A stretch of 64,000 nucleotides of DNA, taken from NCBI GenBank assembly GCA_964270895.1, contig OZ185435.1. One strand, 5' to 3'. The notes under the pieces were generated by a model, which ran no database searches, was not told where the DNA came from, and saw only the letters and a program-made list of their open reading frames with translations. This stretch comes from Podarcis filfolensis. Lineage: Eukaryota. This document shows positions 41,401-53,400 of the stretch, piece by piece (the first letter of the stretch is position 1; each line of letters opens with the position of its first letter). Made by a program: the position numbers and the translations under genes.

Positions 41401-44400
41401 CTATGCTGCCCCTTGGCCAGGGTGACCAAAACTAAACTAATGGTCAATGCGCCACTGAAGTTCACATGCTATGCCTTGCCACCTCAGTTGCCTGATCTGC
41501 TTGTTCTACCTCAGGCAACTTTATTTACAGCCATATTAACTTGGTCAGATAGATTATGGTTACTAGGCTCGGAAGTGTAAATCTCTTAGCCCTGTTAGCT
41601 TGTCACAAACGCTTCCTTCCCCCACAACCATCACGTTGGGAATGAAATACAGCCGAGTGCTCCTTTTGCTGAAGAGATCGCCAGAGGACTGGGGAAACTG
41701 GGTCAGACACAGCACACCCTTTGATGTGCTGCCTCTCAATCAAATCCCCACCCCCACAAATACACAATCGTCTTAGAAACAAGAGCTGAACCTTCCTTTC
41801 ACTACTGTAGTGTCTCTGGTGGGTACAGACTGAGCTTAAAGGAACATATGTGAGCACAATTCTGCAACACACACAAACACCTCCCTATAATATGCTCTGG
41901 GGGGGAAAGCACAAAAGGTACCTTAAAAAAATATTCCCTCTGCTTCCCAAGAGGAAGAATGGAGGGAATTGTGTACCTTTAGCTTGGTAAAGAGGAGACT
42001 GAGAAGCGATAAGATAGCCATCTCCAAATATCGAAAGGGCTGTCACATGGAAGATAGAGCAAGCTTCTTTTCTTCTGCTCCACAGGGCACAACCCAAACC
42101 AGTGGATTCAAGTTACATGAAAGGAGATTCCGATTAAACGTCAGGAGGAACTTTCTGACAGTAAGAGCTGCTTGACAGTGAAACAGACTCCCATGCGAGA
42201 TGACAGACTCGTCTTCCTTGGAAGTTTTAAAGCAGAAGTTATATGGTCATCTGTCATGTACGCTTTAGTTGAGATCCCTGCACTGCAAGGGGTTGGACTA
42301 GATGACCCTTGGGTCTCTTCCAACTCTACAATTCTACAGTTCTATAAAGTCACAATGGGCACATTAGGGCACCATGGTATATATAGACCCTGGTTTACTG
42401 TGTATGAGCTGATCATGTCAGCTTCATTCCTCCCTATTTCTGCTGGGAAAAACAAACCACAGTCTCTGACCTAGCATTATGGTCAAACCAGGGATCATGG
42501 TATGTTGCTCTCCAAAGAAGCTACAATTCATAACCCAAGAACAAACCTTGGCTACAGAAAGTAACGGTAAGCCAAGGATGCAGACCACAAGTTACGGTTT
42601 ACTGTGATGTGAAAATGCTGCCAGTGGAATTCCATAGAATTTAAATGGTAATAAAATACAATATAAGAAATAAAATCAACAATAAAAATGTAATTAAAAA
42701 TCACACAGCATCTTGCACAGCACATTACAATTGCCAAAAGAGGTAGAAAATCATTCAGGGATCCACCAAGTCCCTCAACAATCTTGCAAAGGTCCATTGG
42801 TGGAAAAAAGGTTTGGGAATCACTGTTCGAGGGTATGACATGAAAATCAAGTTGTGTGGAAAAATAATGACAGCATCTAATCAAACCACCAAGGCACCAT
42901 CAACTTAAAGTATGTGCTGAATCTTACCACTGGAGAAATCCTCCATGTGCCATGAAGTATATATCATTTCAGAAAATGGCCCTGCTTTACCATTAAGTCA
43001 AGGTGAGTTACCCCAAAATCTGTTCCCTGAGCTGGGCAAACATTCAAGGACAGCAAATAGCACACTACACAGTGTATTATGGTATCTTTTACCACCAGGG
43101 GAGTCATTCTAATTTTCTTCCTCTGCTACCAAAATGTGTTGGACCTATGCTAAGAACAGTTTGCTCTGATGTGTGTGAACGAATTGCATTGCACTAATGG
43201 ACTCTTAATATTCTGCCCATCTGACTACAACTTTGTAATCAAGTTACCACCACAATTCTGTCTCCTCTCCAAAAGAACACTCTATGAACATAAGATCTGT
43301 AGTCTGTAAACATAATGCAACTGTATACTAGTTTTATCGGCTGTGAAAGCCAGGTTACTAACTCCAAGTCACTGTTGCAAATCTCATATCAAAATTCCCA
43401 TTAAAAGAAACAAATTAGGTGCACACTTCAGTGTACATGAAGCACTCTTGGCTTTGGTTTGATTTTTGCTGTTCTCAAGCTAGTAAGTTTGCAACCTTTC
43501 AGGTGTCCCAAGGATGAAAGAAATATGAATAAGCTCCTTGTCTTTGCTGCATTGCTTTCATGGAAGAATCTTATCTACTTATATTTGTAAGGTGACTCCA
43601 TTAGTAAATATAAAAAGTGTCTGGAGAAGATCTTTTAATCATGGAGATAACTGTTTATGATAGCTGTCTTCTGTTAATTAACTTGCATATTCACCTTCAC
43701 TTAATGTTGCCTGCAGGGGATTCCTAGTAGAAAAGTGCTCCTGCATCCTGGCAGCAGTGAAATCTGCCTGTTTAGTAATCACTAGCTATTATCCTTGCCA
43801 TCAGCAAAAAAATGTACTAAATGTGTGTTTTTTTAAAAGGAAGACATTGGATTGAATCCAGACCTGCTGTTCTGCAAATGGCAGGGCTCCTTCCGTTCGT
43901 GGCTCAGAACAAGCAGCAGGAGGAGATATCTGCCAGTTTCCCCTGCAGACCACAACACCTCCCATGCTGTTCCAGAGAGCCCTCCAACCCTCTCTGGAGC
44001 AAATATTTTTGTGGTTGAAAAGGGGAAGGGAGAATCTCTCTTTGGTCCACAGGAGTAATCCATTCAGTGGAATTTTGCTCTCTGCAACTCAGAAGCTACA
44101 ATGGTTAGTTTCCAAAGTTCCATAAAAGCTTTTTAGTGTGCTGTACTGCATAAAGAACTGGATTTGCAACAGGCAGTCTGAGCTGAAATCTTGGTTCATA
44201 CATAAGCATTCTGGCTGAGTGGGCTTGCAAAGTCATGATGAGCCTAGGCCCCCTCTCATCTGTAAAATGGGATCACTATGAAATACAATAACCTCCACAG
44301 GGTTGTCCTCCATCCTTATGTCATAAGGATGACATAATTGGACATAAAATACATGTAATAATTAATTGAATCTCTATCTAGTTTAAAAGGAGGTATTAAC

Positions 44401-47400
44401 ATAGCACAGCAAAGCTTAAGTAATCATTTAGACAATCATTTAGAGAAACCTGAATGAACTGAAAACCATTTTATCTATTCAGTAGGATCAAGTGGTAATA
44501 CTTTATTTGGTCTGTAGCACTTGAGGGGATGGTGTATTTGAATTTGTTCTCCTGTATATAAAAATATACCCTAAGCATATGGATGCAAATCTAGCATAAC
44601 AGAGAGAAACTGAATTAATTTGCTTGACACCTTCAAGCTGTTTGACGAAATAAACTGGGTTCTGAATTGAGTGTTTTGTTTTCCTGCTGCAGTGCTAAAA
44701 TATTTAACGTCTACATCTTTCCTTTTTTCATTCATAGACACATGGGAAACATTAGTACAGAATGCTTGCGGTTTGTCCCATCGTAGGGCCAAACCATAGA
44801 ATCTATTGCATGGATACTGTCCTGAACATTCAAAGCAGGATTGGGAAGCTATAGTTCTAAGGTTCCTAGCAACCCTGGATTCAGTCACCAGGAAACCCTG
44901 CTGGATCAGGCAAATGGCTCATCTGGTTTGGCATCCTATTCTCACAGGGGCCAACCTGTGAGAACCTGCCTGTGGGAAAACTGCATGCAGGACCCAAGCA
45001 CAAGAACATGCTCCCCCTCCTGGAGTTTCCAGCAACTGGTATTCAGAAGCATACTGCATCCGACCATGGAGGCAGATCATAGCCATCATGGCTAGCAGTC
45101 ACTGGTAGACTGGTCTTCCATGAATTTGTCTAATCCTCTTTGAAAGCCATCTGAGTTAGTGGCCATCACTGCCTCCTGTGGGGAGCGAGTTCCGTGGTTT
45201 AACTTGTTGCATAATTAACGTGTTGCATAAATAGCTACTTTCTTTTGTCTGCCCTGAATCTTCCAACGTTCAGCTTCATTGGATGTCCTTGAGTTCTAAT
45301 GTTATCAGAGGCGGAGACAAAAAAACCCACTCTCTATCCACTTTCTCTATGCCAGGCATAATTTTACAAACTTTTATCATGCCACCTCTTACCTTTTCTC
45401 AAAAGTAAAAAAAAAAAAAAAAAAAATCCCAAATGCTGCAACCTTTCTTCATAGAGGAGTTACTCCGACCCCTTGATCATTTTGGTTGCCGTTTTCAGAA
45501 CCTTTTCCAACTCTACCACTGTCCATTTATTCCTGCTCTATGCTCCCTGCAACTTAACCAATTCCTGATCCACAAGAGGTCCCTTCCTCTTATTCCATGA
45601 CATCTAAGCTTACTCAAGAGTCTAAGTACACCATGTGAACCAGATCATCTCTCAATATATTGGTGAACAATAAACAAACAAACAAAATGGAGACTCACAT
45701 GGTGCGTAGAACATCACTAAAACAGAAGGATGCTCCTTGGTGAACTTGTCAAAGTCATCATCTGTTAGGTGATAAACAGCATTATCTTCTTCTGACCAGG
45801 GAGTCTCTGGGGCCTGTGGCTTAGGTGGCTGAGGACTAGAAACAAACAGGTAAAATTTAGAAGATGCTACAAGGAGAAAAATAGCAGCTGCTTTCACGAA
45901 CTGGATCTTAAGAAATTAAAATGATTTTGTATGTGCTATTTTGATGAAGAGGTTACCTATTCTAAGAGGGTAGCCACTCCCCATGCCCACCCACCCCGAT
46001 GGCAGAACAGTTTGTGGGGGGTGGATGAGAGGAAAGGGGAGATTGTTATGTCTGGTGAGCCAAAATGCTTGCACTGATGGAACAATAACAACAGTGGAAT
46101 GATGGATCCCTCCCATCATTTCCCCACCCTTGCTGCTGTGATCTTAGATTTATGATGATTTGTAACAAAAGGAACAAATACTGAAGGTTTTGCATAACCC
46201 AATTAAGGTTAAAGATAATGAAATGAAATTAACGTACAGGACAACACTGTTTGCTTTGTCAATATAAAATAATAATAATGGGTGTTTGAATATTAAATAC
46301 CATTGAAGAGTTTTATCCTACCAGTGTAGTGCCACCAAAATTAAATACATCAAATGGAGTACCCTCCAGCTTACACTCAAACTACGGTACTTATTTTGCC
46401 CCCAAGTTCTAGAACTCTGATGAGTCACAAAGATGCCTCTCCCTTTAAACACTTGAAAAAATGTGTTTGTTTACTCAGTATTGTTTATTTCAACCTTCTG
46501 TCTCTTACAGTAAAATACTAAGCACATGGAGTACCTACTACTCAATGTGGATAGTGGACTTCACGTTATTATCAGAGCTGCTGCTGCTTTCTGGGTTGGA
46601 TTTCCAAAACTTTCCTGGCAATTCAATTTCATGTTTTCAGCCAGAACCGCAGCATCCTTGGCAATTTTAGGATTCCAATTGTGCACAAGTACTCTAGGTG
46701 GTTTGGGCAGTTTACAATAAAATTGTTCAAAGAGTATTAGTTCCTTCAAATCACTAGAAGTACTTTAAGAAGGCAGGGACTGCCCCCTCTTGCAAGGAGT
46801 CATTAATTCTTCTGATTAAGCTATATATAGATCTTGTTATACAAAACAAATAAAATGAGGTAAAGCAGCCTGGGAGCAGCCTTTTCTCCTTCCTCTTTAT
46901 ATCTGTCCCCAAGGAATGGTGCTTTCTGGAGACAGAAAAAATGCAGCTGGACTTGAAAAGTATGCAGGAAGACAACAGAAACCTGCGGTGTTTGGCCACC
47001 GCCCACCCCCTGCCAATCCCAATTGTATTTTGAATTAAGGAATTTCGTATCTTCAGCTTTCTTGCAAAAGGGAAATCAGTTATCTGTCTGCCTTTTGCAC
47101 CTTCAGAGCACAATCATCACAAATTCTTGGTTTTTCACACCACTCATATGCAGTAGTAAGGCAGGTGCCCCAAAGAAATAAACAGAGATTCTGTGTTCAC
47201 AGGTCCTTTGAGAATCAGGGCTGATAAAAGCATTATTAAAAAAAAGAACCACCCCTACTATCAGCTCCCCCCCCCCCCCACTATCAGCCTCTAACAGGAG
47301 GCTGAATTAATTGGAAATGTTATTTGTTCCTGTTGTTCTTTTTAATTAGGTTTATTATTTCCCATATAGTGCCTACATATGTTGTCCCATTATTCAATTA

Positions 47401-50400
47401 CACTTTCCAGGCCTTCTTGAGCCACTGCCACAGAGCACTGGACTACCCCATATTACAGACTCCGTTGAGTAATTCATTACTATGCCTATGTGCGGGTCTT
47501 ACACTGTATACAAATTATAACTGCAACCTCAATTATGGACAGCTTCCAACTAAAGCACGGCTTCTGAATAAGAATTCCTCTCCCCGCCCCCCGCCCCCCG
47601 CAGCATATTGATTTCTTTTAGGGGAGGGAAGAAAAGCGGCTGCATCACTTTGCCTTCTGGGAAATTATTAAGTGTGCATTGGAAATTAATTGAGGACAAA
47701 CAGCTGTCTTTAGCTCTGGACGACTGAAATATCAGCCAAAGCCCAGAGTGGCTTGTTAGCAGAGATTATCACTGGGAAGAGTCTGCAGCTGTTCTGCTTT
47801 GCCTTCAGTAGCTGTCGCAGCACTGATATAAAAGCACTGCATATTGCAGGGATTATCAGACTATAATGTAGGCAGATTGGAGGGAAGAAAAGGGGAGGGG
47901 GGCTCCAGACACTTCTAATGTTTCACATGTGGTAGCCAAGAGATAAGGGCCTCCACGCAGAGCCAAAAGGCAAAGAGAAAAGGTACAGGTGATGAAGGCA
48001 CACATCATTGCTAAGGGGCTGTGGAAGAAATGCTATCTCTCTTCCGCTCGCGGGTGCTGCTTTCTTAACAGACCAAGAGCGACATTAATTCTAAGGGCAA
48101 AATTTCCTTCCTTGATCCACACAGTAGGTACTCAATGTGCTGAGTATTCCACTGTAAGAGACAGCAGCCTGAATGCCATACAATGTCACTGAACCATGAC
48201 GCCTCCAGCTCTATTAAACACCTGCCTTATCGCATCTACAAAGCTCTTTAGCCAAACAATTGGTTATTGGACACATACCCCCTACCCTGCGCTCCCAGTA
48301 TCCTAGGATGTGCAGTCTCCACAGGCACAATAATCACTGTTTCCACTGATAATTTAGCAACCTATTTACATGGATTCAACGGCTACATAAGTTTGTTCCT
48401 TCGTGGATATACCTAGAAGTGCACTAGGCAAGACTGTAAACACCTAGGGATGCCCATGTACATTTCCGCAAAATGAGAGGTGGAAAAGCAAAAGATGAGA
48501 GCATGATTAAATTAGGAAAGATTCCACAACTGTCCACCCAATGATTTGCGAGGGATCAAAAGATTGTGATGCTGCCGAAACATTACAACATAACAGTTAA
48601 GGACATGAGCTATGAACTAGATGTGTCCATGCAAACAGGAACTCTTGGAGTTGCCTAAGTCAACTTCACTTTCTTCTCAATCTCACCTCTACTCTCCAGT
48701 CTCTAGTTTGGGAATAGCAAGAACAGCCTCTACTGCAGGACATTATTAGGATAAGCAGAAGGATGCATATGAAGAGCTCTGAGTACTTCATATAAATTCC
48801 TTTTCTAAGTAGTGGCATTACCATCGTCCAACACCCCCATCCCTACCCCACCACAGCAGATCTGCCTACACAGTCCAGATCACAATGTACTATTCTCCAT
48901 GAGCCTGCAGAGCAAACAGTCCCAAAGAAAGACAGAGAGGAAACCAAATATGTAGACATGTCAAGGCACAGGAGCAGCAAGTGCAGGCAGTATACAAAAG
49001 CCCATCGATGGACTTCAGTGGCTCATACCTTGTGGAGCAAAGCACACAATGAAAGACAACACACAGCACAGTAATAAAGAAAGATGCTTTATACAAAGTC
49101 AAAGCATTGGGTACATGTAGCTCGGTACTGTTGACGCGGACTGCCAGTGGCACTCCATGGTTTCAGACATTCTCTCCTGGGGATTGAACCTGAGAACTTC
49201 AGCATGCAAAGCAGATAATCTAGCACTAAGCTATGGCTCTTCCTCAAAGGCTGCCATGAAATGGTGTGAACAAGCCCATAGGTTCTTGCATGCTCTCTGT
49301 AATTTATGCTTTACTTTCAGTCCAACACCAAATTATAGTTTTCCTCCGATAATTATCAAACAGCTTCACTAACAATGCTCAAGACCTTGCCACAAGGTCC
49401 CAGTGTCAATCAATTTTGCTTAGGTCAGATTTTTCTATCTCAATCAAGCATCAAACTTGCCAAACCTATAAATATATGCCAGTGTTTGCTGCATTTTGTT
49501 TCGTAATCAAAAACTAAAATGTCCTTCTGGCTATGCTGAACACAACATTAGATACTAAAAGCAAGAACTCTAGTGTCATCCTATGAATCCTGTCTTGCCT
49601 CTCAATTTGGATCATCATTCCTACACACCACTGAGTCTGTCTCCTTTCCCTGGTAAAAGATACTGGAACAAAAGATTCACAATCTCTCAGTCAGAGCCAT
49701 TTCAAATTGTCTGATAATAGAGGTGTCCACAACAAGGGAATGAAAATTTTAAAGTCTGAGGTTTTAAAAATGAAGGTTTTGACACAGATCAATGGCATCC
49801 TTCCGATGTCCAGAAAAGATAATAGGAGAATTGCAACTGGGAAGATACTGCAAGTATGAAATAGAAAGCATGGAAACTGAAGCAAACAACCCAGGTTCAT
49901 CTTTAATAGTTCAGTGTGATGCTTTTATTTGCCTTTGGAGTAGCGATGAAGATGCTGCTATTTGCAAGGTGTGATACTGTTTATTCAAAATGCAGTTCTA
50001 AAGATGTAGGAGATACATTTCAGACACTTACTCTTTCAGCCATTCAATGATGTCCTTTGCCGTAGCACCATAGTTCTCAAAGTTGAACAGGAATTTTCCC
50101 TTTCTATAAATGCAACAAAACAAGGTTTGAAATACAGGAAAACCAACAAAATACATGATTGGTGTTGCCATTATCTACATGCAGAATAAGCAGAGACTTA
50201 CTCAAAGTAGCAAATGGTTGGGTATCCCCGGACATTGTATTCTTCTTTTATTTTTTCAAATTCAGCTGAGTATACATTCATCCCTGCAAGTACCTGTAAT
50301 GACAGAACCAGAAGAGTCTTACACCAGAAGCAGAAGCATCTATCGAAGCTGTATTTTATTGCAGTACTGATTATATTTTACAGGAATCTCTGCTTGCTAA

Positions 50401-53400
50401 TAAAGCTACAGAAAAGTTTAACACTTAAAAGCCAATAAAAACACAGTGGCTGTTCTCACCACCATGGGCTCATGAGGGCAAGAATTGATAGGTCTTTTAA
50501 AAAAACCCTAAAATGAAGTATCTCATGCTTTGCCATGTGTGCTGGGGCTTACCATTCTCCGTTACAGTAGAGAATGAATTGTGTGCTCATATAGGATTTG
50601 AAGGCAGGAAAAGTTGGGGATTCTTTTTTATTTAAGCCATAAATCACTTACATAGATTATACAGTAGGGATGGAGAACCTGCAGCCCTCTAGATATTGCT
50701 GGACTACAACTCCCATCACTCAACTGTTGGCCATGCTGCATGGGGCTGGTAGGAGTTGGACTCCTACAATGTCAGGAGGATCACAGATTTTTTATTCCTG
50801 GCATGGCAGTTAACATGGAGCTTCCTCCTCATGCAGAAGCTTGGGAATAGAGAAGGGGGAAACAGTTTGCAGTGGGGGGTGGGGAAGCATAGACATACAT
50901 GGCTCATTGATGTCTAGAATCAGAGGCCCAGGGATCATTTTTAAGTGGTCTGAAATGCACTGGCTACTTCGAGAGCCCTTGTCTTTCAGCAGCTCACCTC
51001 TCTTCCACGTGTACTATAAGTGTCCATTAACAAAGATGCTCTCTTTTTCTCTCATAAGAGACAGTGCGAACATCTCACAGATGACCTCAAGAGAAAATAC
51101 TTATTTCAAAAGCCTATTATATATTAGTCTGTTAATGGATTCCTTTTTATTATTAATCAGGAACACCAAAGGAAACCCCATGTGAAGTTCACTGTGCCAT
51201 TAACATGGAAAAATAGAAGGGGAAATGGGCCCTGCTTAGGAAACACCGATTGTCTTTTCACATATTATGCGGGGGGGGGGGGACAGGACATTTTTGTTAC
51301 TTGAGTGTCCAGTTCCAGCTCTTTTATTTGTACCTGTATGATGCATGTATTTGCAATTACAAATCTGTAATGTTCAGACCACATTTTTCTTGATGTACAC
51401 AAAAAAAACGTAACGCTTGTAAAGATCCTCAGAATCGGAGTGGTTTAGTGGGCAGAGTATTGAGCTTGGACCGAGGAAGTGAGAAGTCAAACCTCTGTTC
51501 AGCTATGAAGCAATCTGGGTGGCAATAAATTGCTACCTCTCAGCCTAAGATACCCCAGGGGACTGCTGCAAAGAGTCAGTGTGGTATAGCAGGTCAAGTA
51601 TCGGCCTAAGACTGAGGAAACCAAGATTCAACAAAAACTCCACGCAGTCATGAAACTTACTGGGTGATCTTGGGCCAGCTACTATCGCTCATCCTAACCT
51701 ACCTCCATGCATATAAAATTTGATCACCCAAGAGGAAGTTCACCATTACAAACACTCCAGCCAGGGGAATGAGCAGACCTTCTTGAGCTTGCTCATTTTT
51801 CATACCTGCTGGAAACACTACTGCTAGAATATACTTTGGAGCCTTGCCTACAGCCACAGCTCTTTAATTTATCTTCACAGCTGCAGGCCTGGTGCCAGGC
51901 TCATCTTTTACTGAAAAGGGAGCAGACTTTTGCCCTGAAGGATGAGGAATACTAGAAAAAGGCATTTGGATACAGAGCTTGTGACTTGCCATCCTCTGCT
52001 CAGAACAATAAACTACCAACTCTGCTCCTCTAAAGCCCCAAGCACTTTTAAAATGAAACTACTCAGAGGATTGGACTGCCTCTCTCTGGGTCTAAGATTT
52101 AGACGCAAGTCATCTTGTAGCTATATTCCTCAATGGCCAGTTGCTGAAGATACAACTGGAAGATTAACTCTTGATTAATAACACTGAAGGCTTAAATCCC
52201 TTTAGCAGCACAGTGTTAATCTAACTGCACCCACTTCACCCTCCCCATCCAAAAGCAGGATTTTTCTTTCACATAAAATGCTGCTCAGACCAAATGTGCT
52301 TGGAGGTAGTGTGAAATAAATCTTAAAGCAGACCGTTCCCTTCAGAAGGTCAGCTGTTGCTCAGAAAGCATTAGAGGTTTTTATATATATACATAAATAA
52401 CAAAAGCAAACCTACACACAGAGTCTTGGTCTTTCCCCAACCCTTATCCACCATTCTGAGACATCAACACCTACTTTGAAGAACATCCAACGGATTAACG
52501 GGGGGAAACCCTTACATCAGCAACCTCTGCATTACAGATTCATGAGGTTGCTTTTACCAACTAAGCAATTCCCTGCTTCTACTCAAGAGCTTTCAGTCTT
52601 GTGTTGTATATATAATTCCTATCTGGAGAAGTGTGCTAAGAAAGAGGGGGCAGCCCCTCTCCGCCCCAGTTTTATGGCTCATTCAAAAAGGGGCAATACT
52701 GCAGGGCAACTTCTTGAGATTTTGTTCATTTTACAGCATAGAGCTGGCAAGGCATCAACTTGCCTAGGTGCGGGGGGGGGGGGTAGGGAGGATAACCTTT
52801 CCCCCATGAAATCTACAGTAAACACAGTCCTAAAAGCCTCACCGCTTGTATTCATCCTACAGTCTCCTATCATCATGTGGGGCAAGTGGAGCTCTCCCCA
52901 GCCTCCATCAAGAAAATGGACTATAGATATGACAATGCAGCTAGAGTGCGTATGGGCACTGCATCTCTCCCAATAGGTAAAGGTAAAGGTACCCCTGACC
53001 GTTAGGTCCAGTCGTGGATGACTCTGGGGTTGTATGCTCATCCCACTTTAGTGGCCGAGGGAGCCAGCATTTGTCCACAGACAGCTTCCGGGCCATGTGG
53101 CCAGCATGACTAAGCTGCTTCTGGCGAACCAGAGCAGTGCATGGAAACGCCGTTTTCCTTCCAGCCGGAGCGGTAACTATTTATCTACTTGCACTTTGAC
53201 GTGCTTTCGAACTGCTAGGTGGGCAGGAGCTGGGACTGAACAACGGGAGCTTACCCCGTCGCAGAGATTTGAACTGCTGACCTTCCAATCGGCAAGCCCT
53301 AGGCTCAGTGGTTTAGACCACAGCGCCACCCGTGTCCCCATTTCTCCCAATATTTAGCTACAATTATCTGTCAGTGGCAAGCACCATGTGGACAGAGGGC

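Noticed and set aside
52476-52976. 166-aa ORF (+) and overlapping 120-aa ORF (-)
   Set aside because: TTG start, runs through a G homopolymer into the SINE flank, and has no recognisable homology or splice context.
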